Notes: generated by a model not told the origin, from the sequence alone. A DNA stretch of 59,711 nucleotides, filler included, from Jimgerdemannia flammicorona (GCA_003990765.1; 3 parts of 3 records of this genome joined end to end with filler, not necessarily neighbours in it); one strand, 5' to 3'; shown: positions 35,251 to 48,868, counted from the first letter of the whole stretch. Made by a program: numbers and translations.

Positions 35251-38200
35251 GTTCTTGCTGAGTTTGGGCTATTCTAGGGCTGAAGCTTCACTAGCAGAGA
35301 GTCTCCAAGCTCTGAGATTGAGGTGTGGCCATCTGGTTCCAGTAGAGGGGTCTCAGAGATAGTTGATTCCTCTTCTTTCTATAGGGTCTAGGGCTTCCAT
35401 GAAGTTGGTGGCATCTTCTGCCCATCCTTGGCAGGTTGCATGTCTGATGAGAGCTAGGATGTCTTCTCTTAAATCATAGCTCTTAAGAGTCCTTCTTTCT
35501 GGCTTTTTGGTCAGGCTTTTTCAGATCTGGCTTCAGTTATCTCCTCTCTTTAAAGTGTGAACTGCAACATCATGACTGAGATGGATCTTCTGATGTCTGC
35601 AGTCTCAGCAGCCTGGATGTTGTCTATGGTTACAATATCCCATTGCTTGGAAATAATGTTCCCAGTTGTTGATCTCTTGTTGTTTTAGGAATTGGTACCC
35701 ATTCTGGTCATAAGTGAGTGAAAGAGAAGACAAGAGATATACTTCTGTCCAGGTGAAGAGGCCTTGTCCCCTGGATCGGCTTTGCAACTTGGTGGTAACT
35801 TCTTGGAAGGTAGTTGACTGTGCAACTGTATTTGGGAGTTCTGGTCTCTGGGGTCTCTGTATCTCCTATTGATCAAGTAAATGGCACTGATAGCAGTAGT
35901 CTTGGGGGGAGTGGAAACCATTTGGTGTAGATATCTTCCTAGCTGAAAAGCCTTTTCTTAGTGAGTTTCTTTCTTAGGGATAATAGTGATTATACTGGGT
36001 CCTTCTTCTGTATTCCAAGAGTCATTGTCTTCAGGTGGTGTCCAGTGAGGATCATCTCAGGGAATGAGTTCAGGGACCTCTTCTTCTTCACATGCTTCTT
36101 GTTCAGGAACTTCTTGGTCAGAAGTTTCTTCTTCCTTAGATGATTCTTGATCCCAAATTGCTTGTACTTCTGCAGCTTTGGTTGCAGGTGTTTCTGGAAT
36201 ATGTTTGCATTTCTTCTTCCTCTTTCTACACTCTGGGCAGGTGGTGCCAGGCGATTTCCTTGTTCCCATGATCTTGGAGGAATGTTTGGGACACCTGTAT
36301 CTCTTGAGGCAGATAGGGCATCTTTTGATTTCTCCTGCAATAGCTCCAATGGTAATTGGAATAGTGATTTTTGCCTGTACATTGTCATCTGATCTGCCAT
36401 CCACCAGATTAATTTGGGGATTAAGTCTGGGATTATTTTCATCTTCAGATTCTTCCTCTTCTTCTGTAGTAGATTCTTTACTGCTGGCATATTCCTTCTG
36501 AATAGTGACCTTCTTCTTCTTTTTTGATTGCTTATAACTAATCACCTTAACTCTGTACTTCTTGCCTTGGTAGTCAAACTTGAGTACTTATTGACCAATA
36601 TCAATGACTGCATTCATTTTCTTCATCCAGTTGGTACCAAGAATCATATTATAGGTAACAGCTTCAGTGACAATAGCTTTCAGAATGGAGAACTGAATGT
36701 GTCCAAGAGAGATAGTGATATTTCATACTTCTCCAAGGGGTTGAGTTAGGGCTCTATCTGCTACTATGATGCTGAGATTGGATGGTCCATCAATGAGCCA
36801 TTGGAGGGTGTCCAGCAACCATTTGGCAATGATACAGACAGCTGCTCCTATGTCTATGAGGATCTTCACCTTTTGTCCTCCAATATCTCTATATAGATAG
36901 GTGCTGACATATCTTTCAGCTGCTTGGACAGAGATGGGAACTGGTTCTTACTGTGGGATTGGAACTCAGCCAGTGCTAGACCTGGTGGTTCTCAGCAATT
37001 TGTTTTGGACTCCAGCTGGTATCAGTTGCAGAAACTGCAGGAGAGGAACTTCTATCTTGGCCTCTTGAATTTTCTGCCAAGCTTCATTGTAGATGTCTCT
37101 AGGCATGGTCTTTGGGGTGTACTTCTTCTTGGGCTTTGAAGTAGCAGGTTCCATTCTTCTTATTCCATCTCTTCATTCTCTGGTAGTAGTTTATTTGTCT
37201 TAGGAACAAAAGATGAAGAAGTCTGGGGAGGTGTTTCTACTTATTCTTCTTCATCTTCCTCTTGAATAATTCTTCTGCTGATATTCCTGGATGGTCTTCC
37301 TATAGGTCTCTTTCTTTTCTCTGCTGGATAGACTGTTTTCTGAGTAGTAACCTTGGTAGGGTATAAGTCTAGGTCACTGTAGTCTTCACTATTGCTTGCT
37401 TCCTCAAAATCTTCAACAGGATGAGCTTCAGTCTTTTTGTACTGAGTGTCATTCCTTCAGTTTGATGATTCTGAGTCCCTTTATTTACTTCTTTTGTTGT
37501 TACATTCAGTCACATAGTGTCTGAATTATCCATAGTGGAAGCATTGGACTTGGGCTCTGTCTTGGATAGAGTACCTTCTTTCTTTTTTCTGGTAATTGCT
37601 ATTATTTCTTAGTGGATAACCTTGGCTCCTCTATGGTTGGTATCCTCTATTGTCTTGGTAGCTCCAATTTTTGCATGTGGTGAGTTTTTTAATCTGTCCA
37701 ACCAATTGGTCCAGCTTGGAGCTGAGATCTTGGATTTTACTTCTGTCCTTCATTCCTTTCTTAGCTAGCCTTTTTTCTTCTAGTCTTTCTTGTCCTTGAA
37801 GGAGTCCTTGTAATGCTTTGACCAGGATGTCTTCTTTATCTTCTTTCTTATCATGATCACTCCAGGTAGTTTCTTATCTGATATCAAAGAATCTCTGGGC
37901 TGCATCTACTTGCTCTTCAGACCTTCTGATGCCTAGGGTACAGACCTACTGGGCAATGTTTGGGGGAATTCCATTCATGAAGATTATTGGACCTATGATG
38001 TCCTGGTTGGTGGCATTGAACCTGGCAGCATGCATTCTCTTCTGGATTCTTGTGAAGAAAGCTCTGGGAGATTCTCCTTGATTCATCTTCATCCTCATGA
38101 TAGATTCTTGAGTCTTGTGGTGGGTTTCATTTCCTGATGAACTAGTGGACCGTGACTACATATTCTAGATCATAAGACATTGCTGCTTGTTCTGTCTCAA

Positions 38201-38939
38201 TAGTTCTGAATCTGGATTGTTTGCTGTTTGATAGAAAATTTCTCTGGTTGGTTCTCTGAGCTACGTCTTGTAGATAGTGATTTTTCTTTTATCTGAGAGA
38301 TTCCTCAGAGCTGCAATTCCTTCAATTCCATTAAGAAATTCTCTGAGGTCTTCCTCTGGATATCCTGCAAAGGTTGGCAATGAGGTGGCCATTTCATCAT
38401 CACTTTCTTCTGATTCTAGTTCTGGTTCAGATCCTGATTCTGATTCACTTCCTGAGCAATCACTGGAAATGGAGGTGCTTGGGTATCCTGAGGATGGTGT
38501 TCTGGATCTTTGATGAAGTGAAATGAGTCTAGGTATTCTTGTAGGAGCTACTTCCAATTCTGCAAGGACTTGTGGTAAAGGTTCTATTGGTGAGATTGAT
38601 AGGACTGGTATGGGATATCTGGCTGTAAGATCTCAGGCTTGTATGATGAGATCTTTTAGTTTCTATGTAAGTTCTTCAAAATCTCCAGTAGGGCCACCTG
38701 TATTGTCTGGTTGGTATTGTTGGGGATTTTGGACTGTACTGCCTTCTGGTTCTGGTTGAGATACTTCTGATACTAGATAGTTAACAAGTCTTAATATGAT
38801 TACTTCTCTTTCTGTCCTGATGCTAGTGATAACTAGTTCTTCTATAGTGGTAGAGATTAGTATTGTATCAAATATATCCAGTTTGACTGTGGGTTCTTAT
38901 GAGCTGAAAAGTTATGTTGATTTTGAAATCTTCTCAGTT

Positions 38940-38948
38940 GAGCCCCCA
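38940..38948 (-). promoter_or_regulatory. Primer-binding site of element C (tRNA-Pro type)
   Basis: TGGGGGCTC directly after the LTR end ...ACA; matches the start of the classical tRNA-Pro PBS. Confidence 0.7.
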
Positions 38949-38950
38949 AA

Positions 38951-39767
38951 TGTAATGTGCCTGGCTCAATGAAGGTCAATTACAAGGTTGGGAGTTGATG
39001 TAGTTTGGCTTGAGCCTCCAGTTACTTTGTCAAAAAGCAATAAAATGTTCTAAGATTTCTGAGGTCTTTGATATTTAGTGGTATAATAGTCAAAGGCTAG
39101 ATATCTGTGAGCAATTTGTGTGTTGATTTCCTAATTGGGTCGGTTCTCTGGGTATAGTAGTGATTTGTATGTCTTTTCCTTTCTTGGATCAATCTGGGAA
39201 TTTGTAGAATTTCATATATAGTATAATGATCTTTATATGTATAATGGTCTGGCAATTTGGTAGTTCTTCTTATGTGATTTCTGCATAACAATCTCTGTAT
39301 AGTATGATAATCTCTGCATGACAATCCTATGTAGTATGAGTGGATTTCTTATACAGTGCAATCTGGCAATCAGGTGGATAACTCAATTTGATATAGATTC
39401 TCCTAAATTAGTGAGGTTCTTGAAATAGATTCTTCTTACTGGGAATTATACTGGCAGTAAGTTCTTCTGTACCAGGCTCACTGGGAACAAACAACTTAGA
39501 TATTGTAAATTGAGCTCTTTTGGGAATAATACTTGGGTGGTATGGATTCTTCCTGAATCAGTGGCTTTAACTGAGAATTAACTCAGATGGCACAGGTTCT
39601 CTGAGAATACAGATAACTTGAAAATAATGGCTTCAATTGAGAAACATGCTGGTGGCCTTTTGGGAAAGGGTCTCTTGGCAAAGTTGTATCAAAGACTAGC
39701 TTTGTTAGCACAAATGGATTATTGTAAAGTTGCATCAGAAACTGGCTTGAGCAAGGTAGATTTCTCT
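38951..39767 (-). repeat. 5' LTR of element C (partial)
   Basis: tgtaat end adjacent to the PBS. Homologous relic at 15560-16300. Ends in a T-run before the gap. Confidence 0.7.
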
Positions 39768-39776
39768 TTTTTTTTT

Positions 39777-39876
39777 NNNNNNNNNNNNNNNNNNNNNNNN
39801 NNNNNNNNNNNNNNNNNNNNTTAATTAATTAANNNNNNNNNNNNNNNNNNNNNNNNNNNNNNNNNNNNNNNNNNNN
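39777..39876. other. Assembly gap with stop-codon linker
   Basis: N run containing TTAATTAATTAA. Confidence 0.97.
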
Positions 39877-42800
39877 CCCCCCCCCAACCCCTTCTCGATG
39901 AAAGACCACTTTACCAAACACCATCTCCATCTACCCACCACTCTGTTCACATATCCCTTCCACCAGATGGCGATGTTGCCCACCTTGGGGTCCCCATCCA
40001 ACCCACCACCCAGTCAGCAGATCTGCCACCAACTCCTCCCATCTCTTCAACTTCTCCCTTAACTCTATCTGTTGCCTCTCCTCAAAAATGAAGAGCCAAT
40101 GTCCAGCCAGCCCCACCCACACTGCTACAACTCACCCTACAGTAAGCCACCTATTACCGACACCTCCCATAAGTCTAGATCCCAAATCTTCCCAGCGACC
40201 TCTCTCTCCATCTGGCCTCCTTCCAACCCCTAGCCAGTTCCCTATAGCTATCCAAAAGTCCCCCAGCACCTCACATTCTCCCAGTCAATGTTTCGGTGTT
40301 TGTACAAATCCCCCAACTTGCCTAACATTATAGCACTCCTCACAATCTGGCTGACCACCATCCACCAGATGCCTAGCATAGAAATTCAACATAACATTTC
40401 TCTGCAACATTCACTACCACACTATCCAGAACTTGGGGGGTAGCCACCACTGTACCTCTGTACTCTAAGACCAGATCCCTACCCAGTCCCACTCCTCACC
40501 AATCCTCACTGCCTGTCAACTACTTGGCTAAAGATTCTGACTAATTTGCTGCTGACACTCCACTCCATCCCCAATATCAAATTCAGCAAGTGGAACTCCT
40601 CCTAGAAGAAGACAGTTCCATCTCCACATAGCTGGGCCCCATACCACCTCCCCCTCATTGCCATGCCAGCACAGGCCTATCCAGTGTACTCCATTGACCA
40701 CTCTCCACCAGAAGCCCTTATACCATAGCCAGTGGCTTCCATTCAGATCCACCAAAGAGAGTAGATCCCCTGAGGACCCCTGGGGGGAGACTCTCATCTC
40801 CCACACCTTCTGCATCAGCATTACCCAACCTCCACCCTATAGCTCCACAGCTCTTCTCAACCACCAAGCTTGCAGGCAGTGTAATCGCTTAGAGAAATTG
40901 ACAAGACCCAGGCCTCCCCTAAGCACTGGCTTGACAAGGGTATCCCAACTGATCTGGGCCCTTCTACCTATCCAAATCTAATCCCTAGCCAGTTTCATCA
41001 GCCTCTTCACCACCTAAGCTGGAAAGTCTAAGTGATATGCCACATACTACAGCTTGGGGAACCAGTATACATTTAGAATCACCACCCACCCCACCAGGGA
41101 AATGTGATGACCCCCCCAACCTTTTAGAGCCTCCCCCCAAATGTCCACCCTCCTCTCCCACCACACCCATGGTAGGACTGATCCATATACAGAGAGGAAG
41201 ATCCTGAGATACTGCACCACCTCTCCTGTGGGGACAATTGTTCCAATGACATCTCCTTCCACTAGCCCATTCCCCAACACTATTATCTCACACTTATGCC
41301 AGTTGAGCCTTACTCCAGAATGTATCTCATACCACTCCACAGTCTCCTGAAGAGCCTCTACATCTGCTACTAATCCAAGTCCAATCACCATATCATCTGC
41401 AAAGGCCCCCACCTTCTACTCCACACCATACACAGAGAGCCCAGCCACCCTCCTACAGATCCTATCCATCAAAGGTTCCAAGAAGAGTGCATAAAGAATA
41501 GGGAACAGTGGGTCCCCTTGAGGGACTCTCCTCCCCAAGGGGAATACCAAACCCCTGTGACCATTACACAATAGCGCCGCTCTACTCCCATCTAACAAAC
41601 TTAACATAGTGGCCTGAAACTGTGGTGGAACACCAATTCTGTCCAGCACCTTGCCTAGCCAAACCCAGTGAACATGGTCGTAGGCCTTCTCCTGGTCTAA
41701 AAAAACCAGTCTACCATCCAGTCCACAGGCCTGGGCTCCTTCAATAATGCCATGCACCCAGGCTGTACTATCTCTGATAAGCCTACCACCTACAAAGCCC
41801 CGCTGCTCCTCACCCAGTACCTGTTGGGCAACCTTCTGCAGCCTCGCAACAATCACCTTAGTCACTAACTTCCAATCCATATCTAGAAGCATGATTGGTC
41901 TCCAATTCTTCCAATCCTCATGCCTGCCCTTATCTTGTACAAAAGTGCCACCAGCCCTAAGTCCTGCTCTCCAACCCATCTGCCATTTAGAATAACATAG
42001 TCGCAGAGAGCAGCCATCTCTTCCAGCATTCCAGGGACTTTTGCCATCTTCTTCCAGAAGTCCCATGGCAACCCATCCTCCCCAGGTGCTGTCTCAAGCT
42101 TAGTTGCTGCCAGGACTCCTTGAATCTCCTCCTCTCAGACTGGTAAGATCAGGTCACCCAGCCCCTCTACCTGCAGTGGCTCCCACTCCTCCAGTGTGTT
42201 GCCAATTGCCTCTGCATCAGTACCCCCTTCCTCCTTACTCCACAGACCCCACCAATTCTCCTTCAATACTCCTAGGATCTACTGCATATCATGCACCAAC
42301 TCTCCCTCAGCATCAAAGACCCCATCCCACTGATATCTCACCTGCCTGGCTTTGAGGAGCCTAGACAAGTACCTAGTAGGCCGCTCCCCCTCCTCAAGCC
42401 CCTGCCACCATAGCCTGGCAGCCATTTCTTGCATATGAGTCTCCTCCTCCTCTCTCAACACCTGTTGCAGTTCCACCACTTCCAATTTCGCCCTTCCTAA
42501 CCTCCAGTCCTCCACCTCATCAGACATAAGCAAATTCGCCCACTCCAACTGCAATCTCCACAGCCTATCTAAAGTACACTGTACTCACCTCCTCCTCTGT
42601 CTCTCTGCCTCTCTACCAGCTCCACCCCAATAAACCCTTGCAGCCTCCTTCAATCTCATCCAACGGACACCCACAGTCAAACCCTTCTGCTTCCAAAGTG
42701 GAATCTTTGCCTAGATGTCCTCCACCCATGAGTCCCACAACCCCTTCTCAGTCAGCAGAGAGGAGTTAAGGCACCAATGTCTGGGTCCATCCCCACTCCC

Positions 42801-45690
42801 CCCAAACTGCCCCTGCCCAAGCAGTCTCCAGTAATCAGACCACGGGCACCACACCACCTCCAAAGTTGTCCAGACATCAGTACCCCAACATTCGGCTGTC
42901 AAAATCCAATCAATCCTCATCCCTAGGCCATTCACCCAGTGTATATAGACTCTGGAGTTACCCCACTGTGTTCTGCCCATATCTCCTAAGGAGCTAAGGC
43001 TTTCCACCTCCTCCCACACATCTAGACCACCACTCCTCCCACTGGCATTTCTCCCTCTATCAGTTCTATCCAGCCACAAATCCCAAACCATATTAAAATC
43101 ACCACCAAGAACATCAACCCCTTCCTCCAAGAGAATGCCCTCCTCCAGTAGCTCCTTAATCTATGCAATCCTCTCTCCCTTAGCCACTGGACAGTAACAA
43201 GAGTCCACCCTCACCGATTCCCACCCTGGCTGGTACTATTTACCCCAGACCAAACGATCTCCCCAGCTCTTGATTTCCTCCAAATATCCTCTACCCTTCT
43301 TTACCAGAATTGCCACCTTTCCAAACCAAGTGATAGCCCCACCCCATTCCTTAGTCCACTCTACCCAATTATCCTCATCCTTACATCAAACATCCTGTAG
43401 TAAAAAGATATCAGCCTCCAATCCCCTTAGCTATGTAAAAATATTCTTATGCTACACAGATCCCCAAAGGCCATTCACATTGAGAGAAAAAATGTTAGTT
43501 ATACTGTTCATAAGGAATAATATTAAAAATCAAACTTCTTCTCTACAAATCCACACTCAAGTCCTCCTGTGCCAAATCCAAGATGCATTCTGCAGCCAGT
43601 TCCTTCTTCTTAGCTTCCTATGCCTCCAATCCCCCCAGAAGTTCAATCATAGCCCCATTCTCTTTCTCCTCAAAGTCCTCCTGATACTTCACACATGCCT
43701 CTCACTAGAACTGCAAACCATGTCATTCTGTCCAACAGTAGGCAGCCCTCTCACCAGCAATAACCATTAGCTCTGCCTTCCTCTCCTCATCCACCTCATA
43801 TCTCTCTTCTTCTAGTAAGATTGCAAGAATCTCTACCTTCAGTGCCTCCATTACACCATTACCTTACAGAATCCGTGTCCAGTGCTTCTTTGGTATGACC
43901 CCTAGATCCACTTCTCCCAACACCTCAGCTGCAAGGTTATCCATCACCTTGCTCATCCACAGCAGATTCCCAATCTCCTTCCCTCCAGGGGTCTCTGGCT
44001 GCCCTGCATCCAGTATCGTAGTATCAGCACCAATACTGGCATCCTCATTCCACTTCTCCTCTGGGACATCCACCAGCTCATCCTCACCAACCATCACCAC
44101 CTGGCCCCCTTTCGCCACATCTGAGACCCCAAAGGTAACTCGCTGGGCCCCCTGCATTGGAATATCCTCTGCTGCCCCTCTTTGCCCCCTCGGGCCCCTC
44201 CTGATAAGTGGGGGAGAGGTACTATCTGATTCCTCCTCCCAAACTTCGAAAGTACCATCTGCATAGGGATCCTTGCCCAGTACCTTTGCCACCCATTCTT
44301 CCATCACCACCACCTCCTTCTCTCCTTCACTAGCCCATATACTGGCTTTGATACCTCTAGCCTCCTCAGCCCCATCTACCTTTCTCTTCTCCCCTCCAGT
44401 CATACTCACCAAGAGCTCCCTCTGCCTCAGGCACCCCTGGGCCTGCTCCCACTGCCTCTTGTCAGTGCAGACATGCTTCCCCTCTACAATCTCCAGGTGT
44501 ATCAACTCCTCATAGAGCTTCCAGGCTTTCACCCTCCTCTCTACAGTGCCACCCAACTCCTCCAGCACCTCTAATAAGTCCTCCTCCTCCTCTTCACTCT
44601 CTTTCACCCATGATACCTTACAGACAAAGGCCCCCCACATCAACACTGAGGGCCAGTTACTTGTCTTCCCAGTGGCCTCCTTCCCCACCAGCCGAATCCT
44701 GACATCGACATTACCTGTCCTGATCATCATCCCCTCCCACACCTGAAAGCTGATGTCCACAACATCCCCATACTCCACCATCACCTCCTCCACTCTCCTC
44801 CTAGTCTCCTCCTTAGTCACCATGGGCACCCCCCTCACTAGAAGCTGCACCACCCTGGGGTCCCACCTCAAGCACCTCATCAAGGGGACTGCCACCTCCC
44901 CAACCACCACTCCAGCCTTCAGGGCCTCATTCAGTAGGCCTGCCTCCTCAAAGCCTACCTCAACCCCCTCCAGGCTCTTCAAGAATTTCACCGAGACCGC
45001 TCCAGCCACCTGCTTCGAGATAAGCCCCAGGACCATCCTTGCCATCACTGTCAAGCCCCGGAAGCACAAGGTAGCCGCGAACTCCGAAATTGACTTTTTG
45101 AGCAACAGGGCCACCACCAGTTCTGTTACACCATCCACCAGGTCTCCTTTCTACATTGGGAACCCCTGCCCCCCCTGACCATCAGCCATCACATCTCTTT
45201 TTTTTCCAGATTCGCCATCACATCACCATCAGCAGTCCTGCCACTACCCCCAGCAGTCCCTCCACTTCCCCCACCTCCCACCTATGAAGGCCCAGCTCCC
45301 CCAGCATCCCCAGCCTTCTGCTTCCCCTTCCCTCCTGCCTGATCACCTCATGCTCCCCTTGGCCAACCCCCAGTCTTCAGCATGTCTGCAAAGCTCCTCC
45401 CCTACTGCCCTCCAGCCCCCCCACTGGTGCTGCCTCCACTACCCAAGCTGCCCAGTCCACTTAAGCCACCGAAAGACCCTATCCCCAGCCCATGCCCCCT
45501 CCCCACATGCTGCCAGTTGAAAGCCCCAGGTCCACTGACCTAGTACGTGTATCGGCTTGCTTGCTGCTTGACATCTTCTTAATATCTTTCTCCAATAAAT
45601 GAATCAAAAGTGTGTTTGTAAAATGTGTATAATGTGAAATATAGTAGAGAGAGTTGGAAGAGAGTGTTTATTGTAAGTAGCATAGCATGT
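39877..45690 (-). mobile_element. Near full-length LINE, copy 4 (ORF1 about 45574-43540; ORF2 from 43511)
   Basis: MNSITNIFSLNVNG, GGDFN, WRPIMLLDMDWKL, LDQEKAYD, VPQGDPL, FADD. ORF1 is homologous to that of copy 1. Confidence 0.92.
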
Positions 45691-45691
45691 G

Positions 45692-46130
45692 AACTGAATT
45701 AAATCAATTTGATTCAGGTTTGAAACCAAATTGAATCAATTTGATTTAGGTTTGAAACTGAATCAAATCAATTTAACTCAGGTTTGGAACTAAATCAAAT
45801 CAATTCGACTTGGGTTTGAAACTGAATTGAATCAATTCAAATTGATTCAATTCAGGTATCCTTAAAGCATGTAATTCTGAAAGTCACATGACTCATATCA
45901 AACTGAATGAAAGTTGAATTGAATAAAAGTTGAATTGAATGAAAGTCAAATTGAATGAAGGTGAAATTGAATGAAAGCCAAATTAAATCAAACAAAAGCC
46001 AAACTGAATAAAAGTTGAATCAAATGAAAGTTGAATCAAATAAAAGTCAAATTAAATTAAGTCTTAATTTGGTTTATATCAAATCAAATTGAGAGTCAAT
46101 TTGACTCAATTCAGTTTTTTACAAGTACTA
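45692..46130. mobile_element. End of a hAT-like element with arrays of short subterminal repeats
   Basis: About 31-bp and 15-bp tandem units built from aatYRaat. Terminus caagtacta (TAGT on the minus strand), resembling the MITE ends at 48628. Confidence 0.5.
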
Positions 46131-46639
46131 CCTATATATGTCAATTATCAGACTGAGAATTTTCATTCTTATTTCATTCTGTTAAAAAAGATATATATAA
46201 ATATATATTATCTTAAAAAATATATATATAATAATAATAATATTTTTTTATTCTTATATTAGTTAGAAAATATATTAGTAAATATAATTATAATTTTTAG
46301 GGAATTTTTTTTATATAATAAAGACTATTTATCAGAGTAAGAAGTAATTTCTGGAAGAATTTATCAGAGCATAAAAATGTTTTTTAGTAGAACTTCCCCT
46401 GTATTCTTATAGGAGTTCTTAGCTGAACAGAGGTTCAGGCAAAGTGACTATTATATTATAAGCCATCAATATATATAATATTGAATACAATATTACAATG
46501 AACTCAATATAATAATAGATAGACAAATAACTCTACTATCTTCTAATTTTAAGTATTATTTATCTGCAATATCAATATATCTATAAACTAAAAGATATTA
46601 CTTTTCTAAAACTATTCCTTTTCCAAGACTGTCTTCATA

Positions 46640-46850
46640 TAGAGATCAACTTAGAGAAGGTCAACTTGGAGGATATCAACTTAAAGAATGTTAACTTAGA
46701 GAATATCAACTTAAAGATCAACTTAGAGATCAACTTAGAGAATATCAACTTGAAGGTCAACTTGGAGATCAATTCAGAGAATATCAACTTGAAGATCAAC
46801 TTGGAGGTTAACTTGAAGATCAACTTAGAAATCAACTTAAAGGTTTACCA
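46640..46850. repeat. Tandem repeat of about 12-bp atcaacttRRag units
   Basis: About 15 imperfect copies directly visible. Confidence 0.85.
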
Positions 46851-46989
46851 TAAACTTATTTATCAATATATTTACTCTAAACTCATTCACCAACTTATTT
46901 ACTATATATGTAAGATCTTTATAGCTTCTTTGATATATATAGCATCAATTCAAAATTAATATTATCATATTTTAATATTATTACTAACT

Positions 46990-48560
46990 ATAAATTGATG
47001 AATATACAAATGCATAAATTGTAATAGTAGACACTTACAGCTTTACTGTCTGATATTAAAACCTTTATACTTATAATATAATCAATAAGAATATAAACAA
47101 AACAACTATCTACTAAATATTATAAAAAAAAAATCAATTAATTAAAGAATTTCTATCTTTATATCCTAAAGATAAAATTCTGATGATAGAAGAAAAATAT
47201 TTGACTATTTGAATATATTATGAACTTTTTGCAGAAACTACTAAAAAAAATATATCTGCTAAATATACTCTTCAACACATATATATATATTAGACTATCT
47301 AAGAAAACTATAGAAAATATTTAACTAGAATAGTAATTAAATCAAGATTTTACAATAACTTAATCTGGACATATATAGATAAATAGATTAAAAATCACAT
47401 TAGACTTGATACTAGATGTCTGATATTTAAACAATTACTATGGATCTTAACTGCAAAAGAGAACCTATAACTGTATACAAAATTCTAAAAGAAATAAATT
47501 CAAAGAGATATCTAAAGAACTATAGCTTTATTTTATATCAAATAACATATACTCATATTTTATAACTCTTAGAATTTTCTTATTAGAAAGTATCAAAGAC
47601 TATTAATTTTTAAGAAACTGAAGAAATTAAACAATAGTATAAATAATATTTTCAATATTATAAAAAGGTTAAAAAATCTAATAGAATTGAATTATGATTA
47701 GATGAATTATATTATAATCAATTTTATATTAGTGAACAATCATAGTTTTGTTCTAGAGATTTTGTAAGAAAAGAAAAACAAGGATATTACTAGATAATTA
47801 TACATTATAGTAAAGTAGATGAATAGATTGAAAATTCTTTAATCTTTAAAGCTAATTTAAGTATTGGTGATTATCATAATAATATAAATACTAAAATATT
47901 TAAAAAATATTTTTATACTTTATATAATCAAATTCTGCTCAAGTATTTATAAGAAAGAGTAAAGAAAGATATATTTATTTATATAGATAATACAGCTTAT
48001 TATAAATAAGTTAAAGGTCTTTAAGATAGAATTTCAAAGTTGAAAAAGCAAGAGTTGATTAACTGGATGAAGAAATACTTTTAATGGAAAGACAAAATAA
48101 GAAATCTATTTTATTTATCAGCAAGAATCTTAGAAATTCAGAGATATTTCAGCAGTAAAAGAAATTGTAAAAACTTATGAATTTGAAGTTTATTGGCTTC
48201 TACCATATCATTCAATACTTAATCCAATTGAAGAAGTATGAAGAATTACTAAAGAATATGTTGCAGATATTAATGATAGAAAGAACTTTTAAATGGTTAA
48301 AAATTATATTAAAGAAGGTCTTACAAAAAGTTATTTCAGAAGTTTAGAACAATTTTATTAAAAGAGTTTATAAAAATAAAGAAGATTTTATTATAAAACA
48401 TAACATTCTTACAAAAAAAGAAGCTTATGCTAATCCTTTAATTATTAATTTAGATTCAGAATCAGAAGATAATTTTGATAGTAATGTAGATAATTTAACT
48501 TTTGAAGATTTAATTAGTAATAAAGATATTACTAGTGAATTAATTCATGAATTTGATTAT
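46990..48560 (+). pseudogene. Tc1/IS630-like DDE transposase relic, extremely mutated
   Basis: LDELYYN, GDYHNNINTKIF, YIDNTAYY (DNAxYH-like), LLPYHSILNPIEEV* (LPPYHxxLNPIExxW-like). Boundaries approximate. Confidence 0.75.
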
Positions 48561-48627
48561 TTGTAAATATTTTTATATATAGTAAATGGATTATATTATT
48601 AGCAAATAAATCTAATTGAATTTGAAT

Positions 48628-48868
48628 TAGTGTTCTGCAGACCCAACCTGACCCGAGAGCTGATGTGACATATGACCTGAGTGTTAAAAATGTAATAATA
48701 TATCAAAAACACATCTGATTTTAATGATTTTGGGCTTGTTAGAAAGCCACTCTCATACACTTTTCAACAAGCCCAAAATCATTAAAATCGGATGTGTTTT
48801 TGATAAATTATCACATTTTTAACACTTAGGTCATATGTCACGTTAGCTCTCGGGTCTGCGGAACACTA
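48628..48868. mobile_element. hAT-family MITE (241 bp, almost entirely palindromic)
   Basis: Ends tagtgttc...gaacacta, inverted arms of about 110 bp, exact 8-bp TSD atttgaat on both sides. Confidence 0.92.

Larger units (their letters stand above)
32025..39776 (-). mobile_element. Ty3/Gypsy element C: 5' LTR, PBS, gag, protease, Cys-rich insert, dUTPase, RT, RNase H, integrase
   Basis: Zn knuckle CFHYG*FRHYVTEC (about 37500-37548), protease LIDIGAAV (about 36855), [25 protein letters not shown], integrase LTKWPKAF/YHPQTNG. Confidence 0.92.

Noticed and set aside
46635..46959. ORFs with INLK/INLE or KLIF repeats resembling pentapeptide or LRR proteins
   Set aside because: Translation of a mutated 12-bp tandem repeat, with no gene context.
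69..48560. Stop-codon reassignment as the explanation for the many in-frame TAA/TAG/TGA
   Set aside because: Stops fall at both Trp and Gln/Arg positions and only in repeats; the host genes use the standard code.
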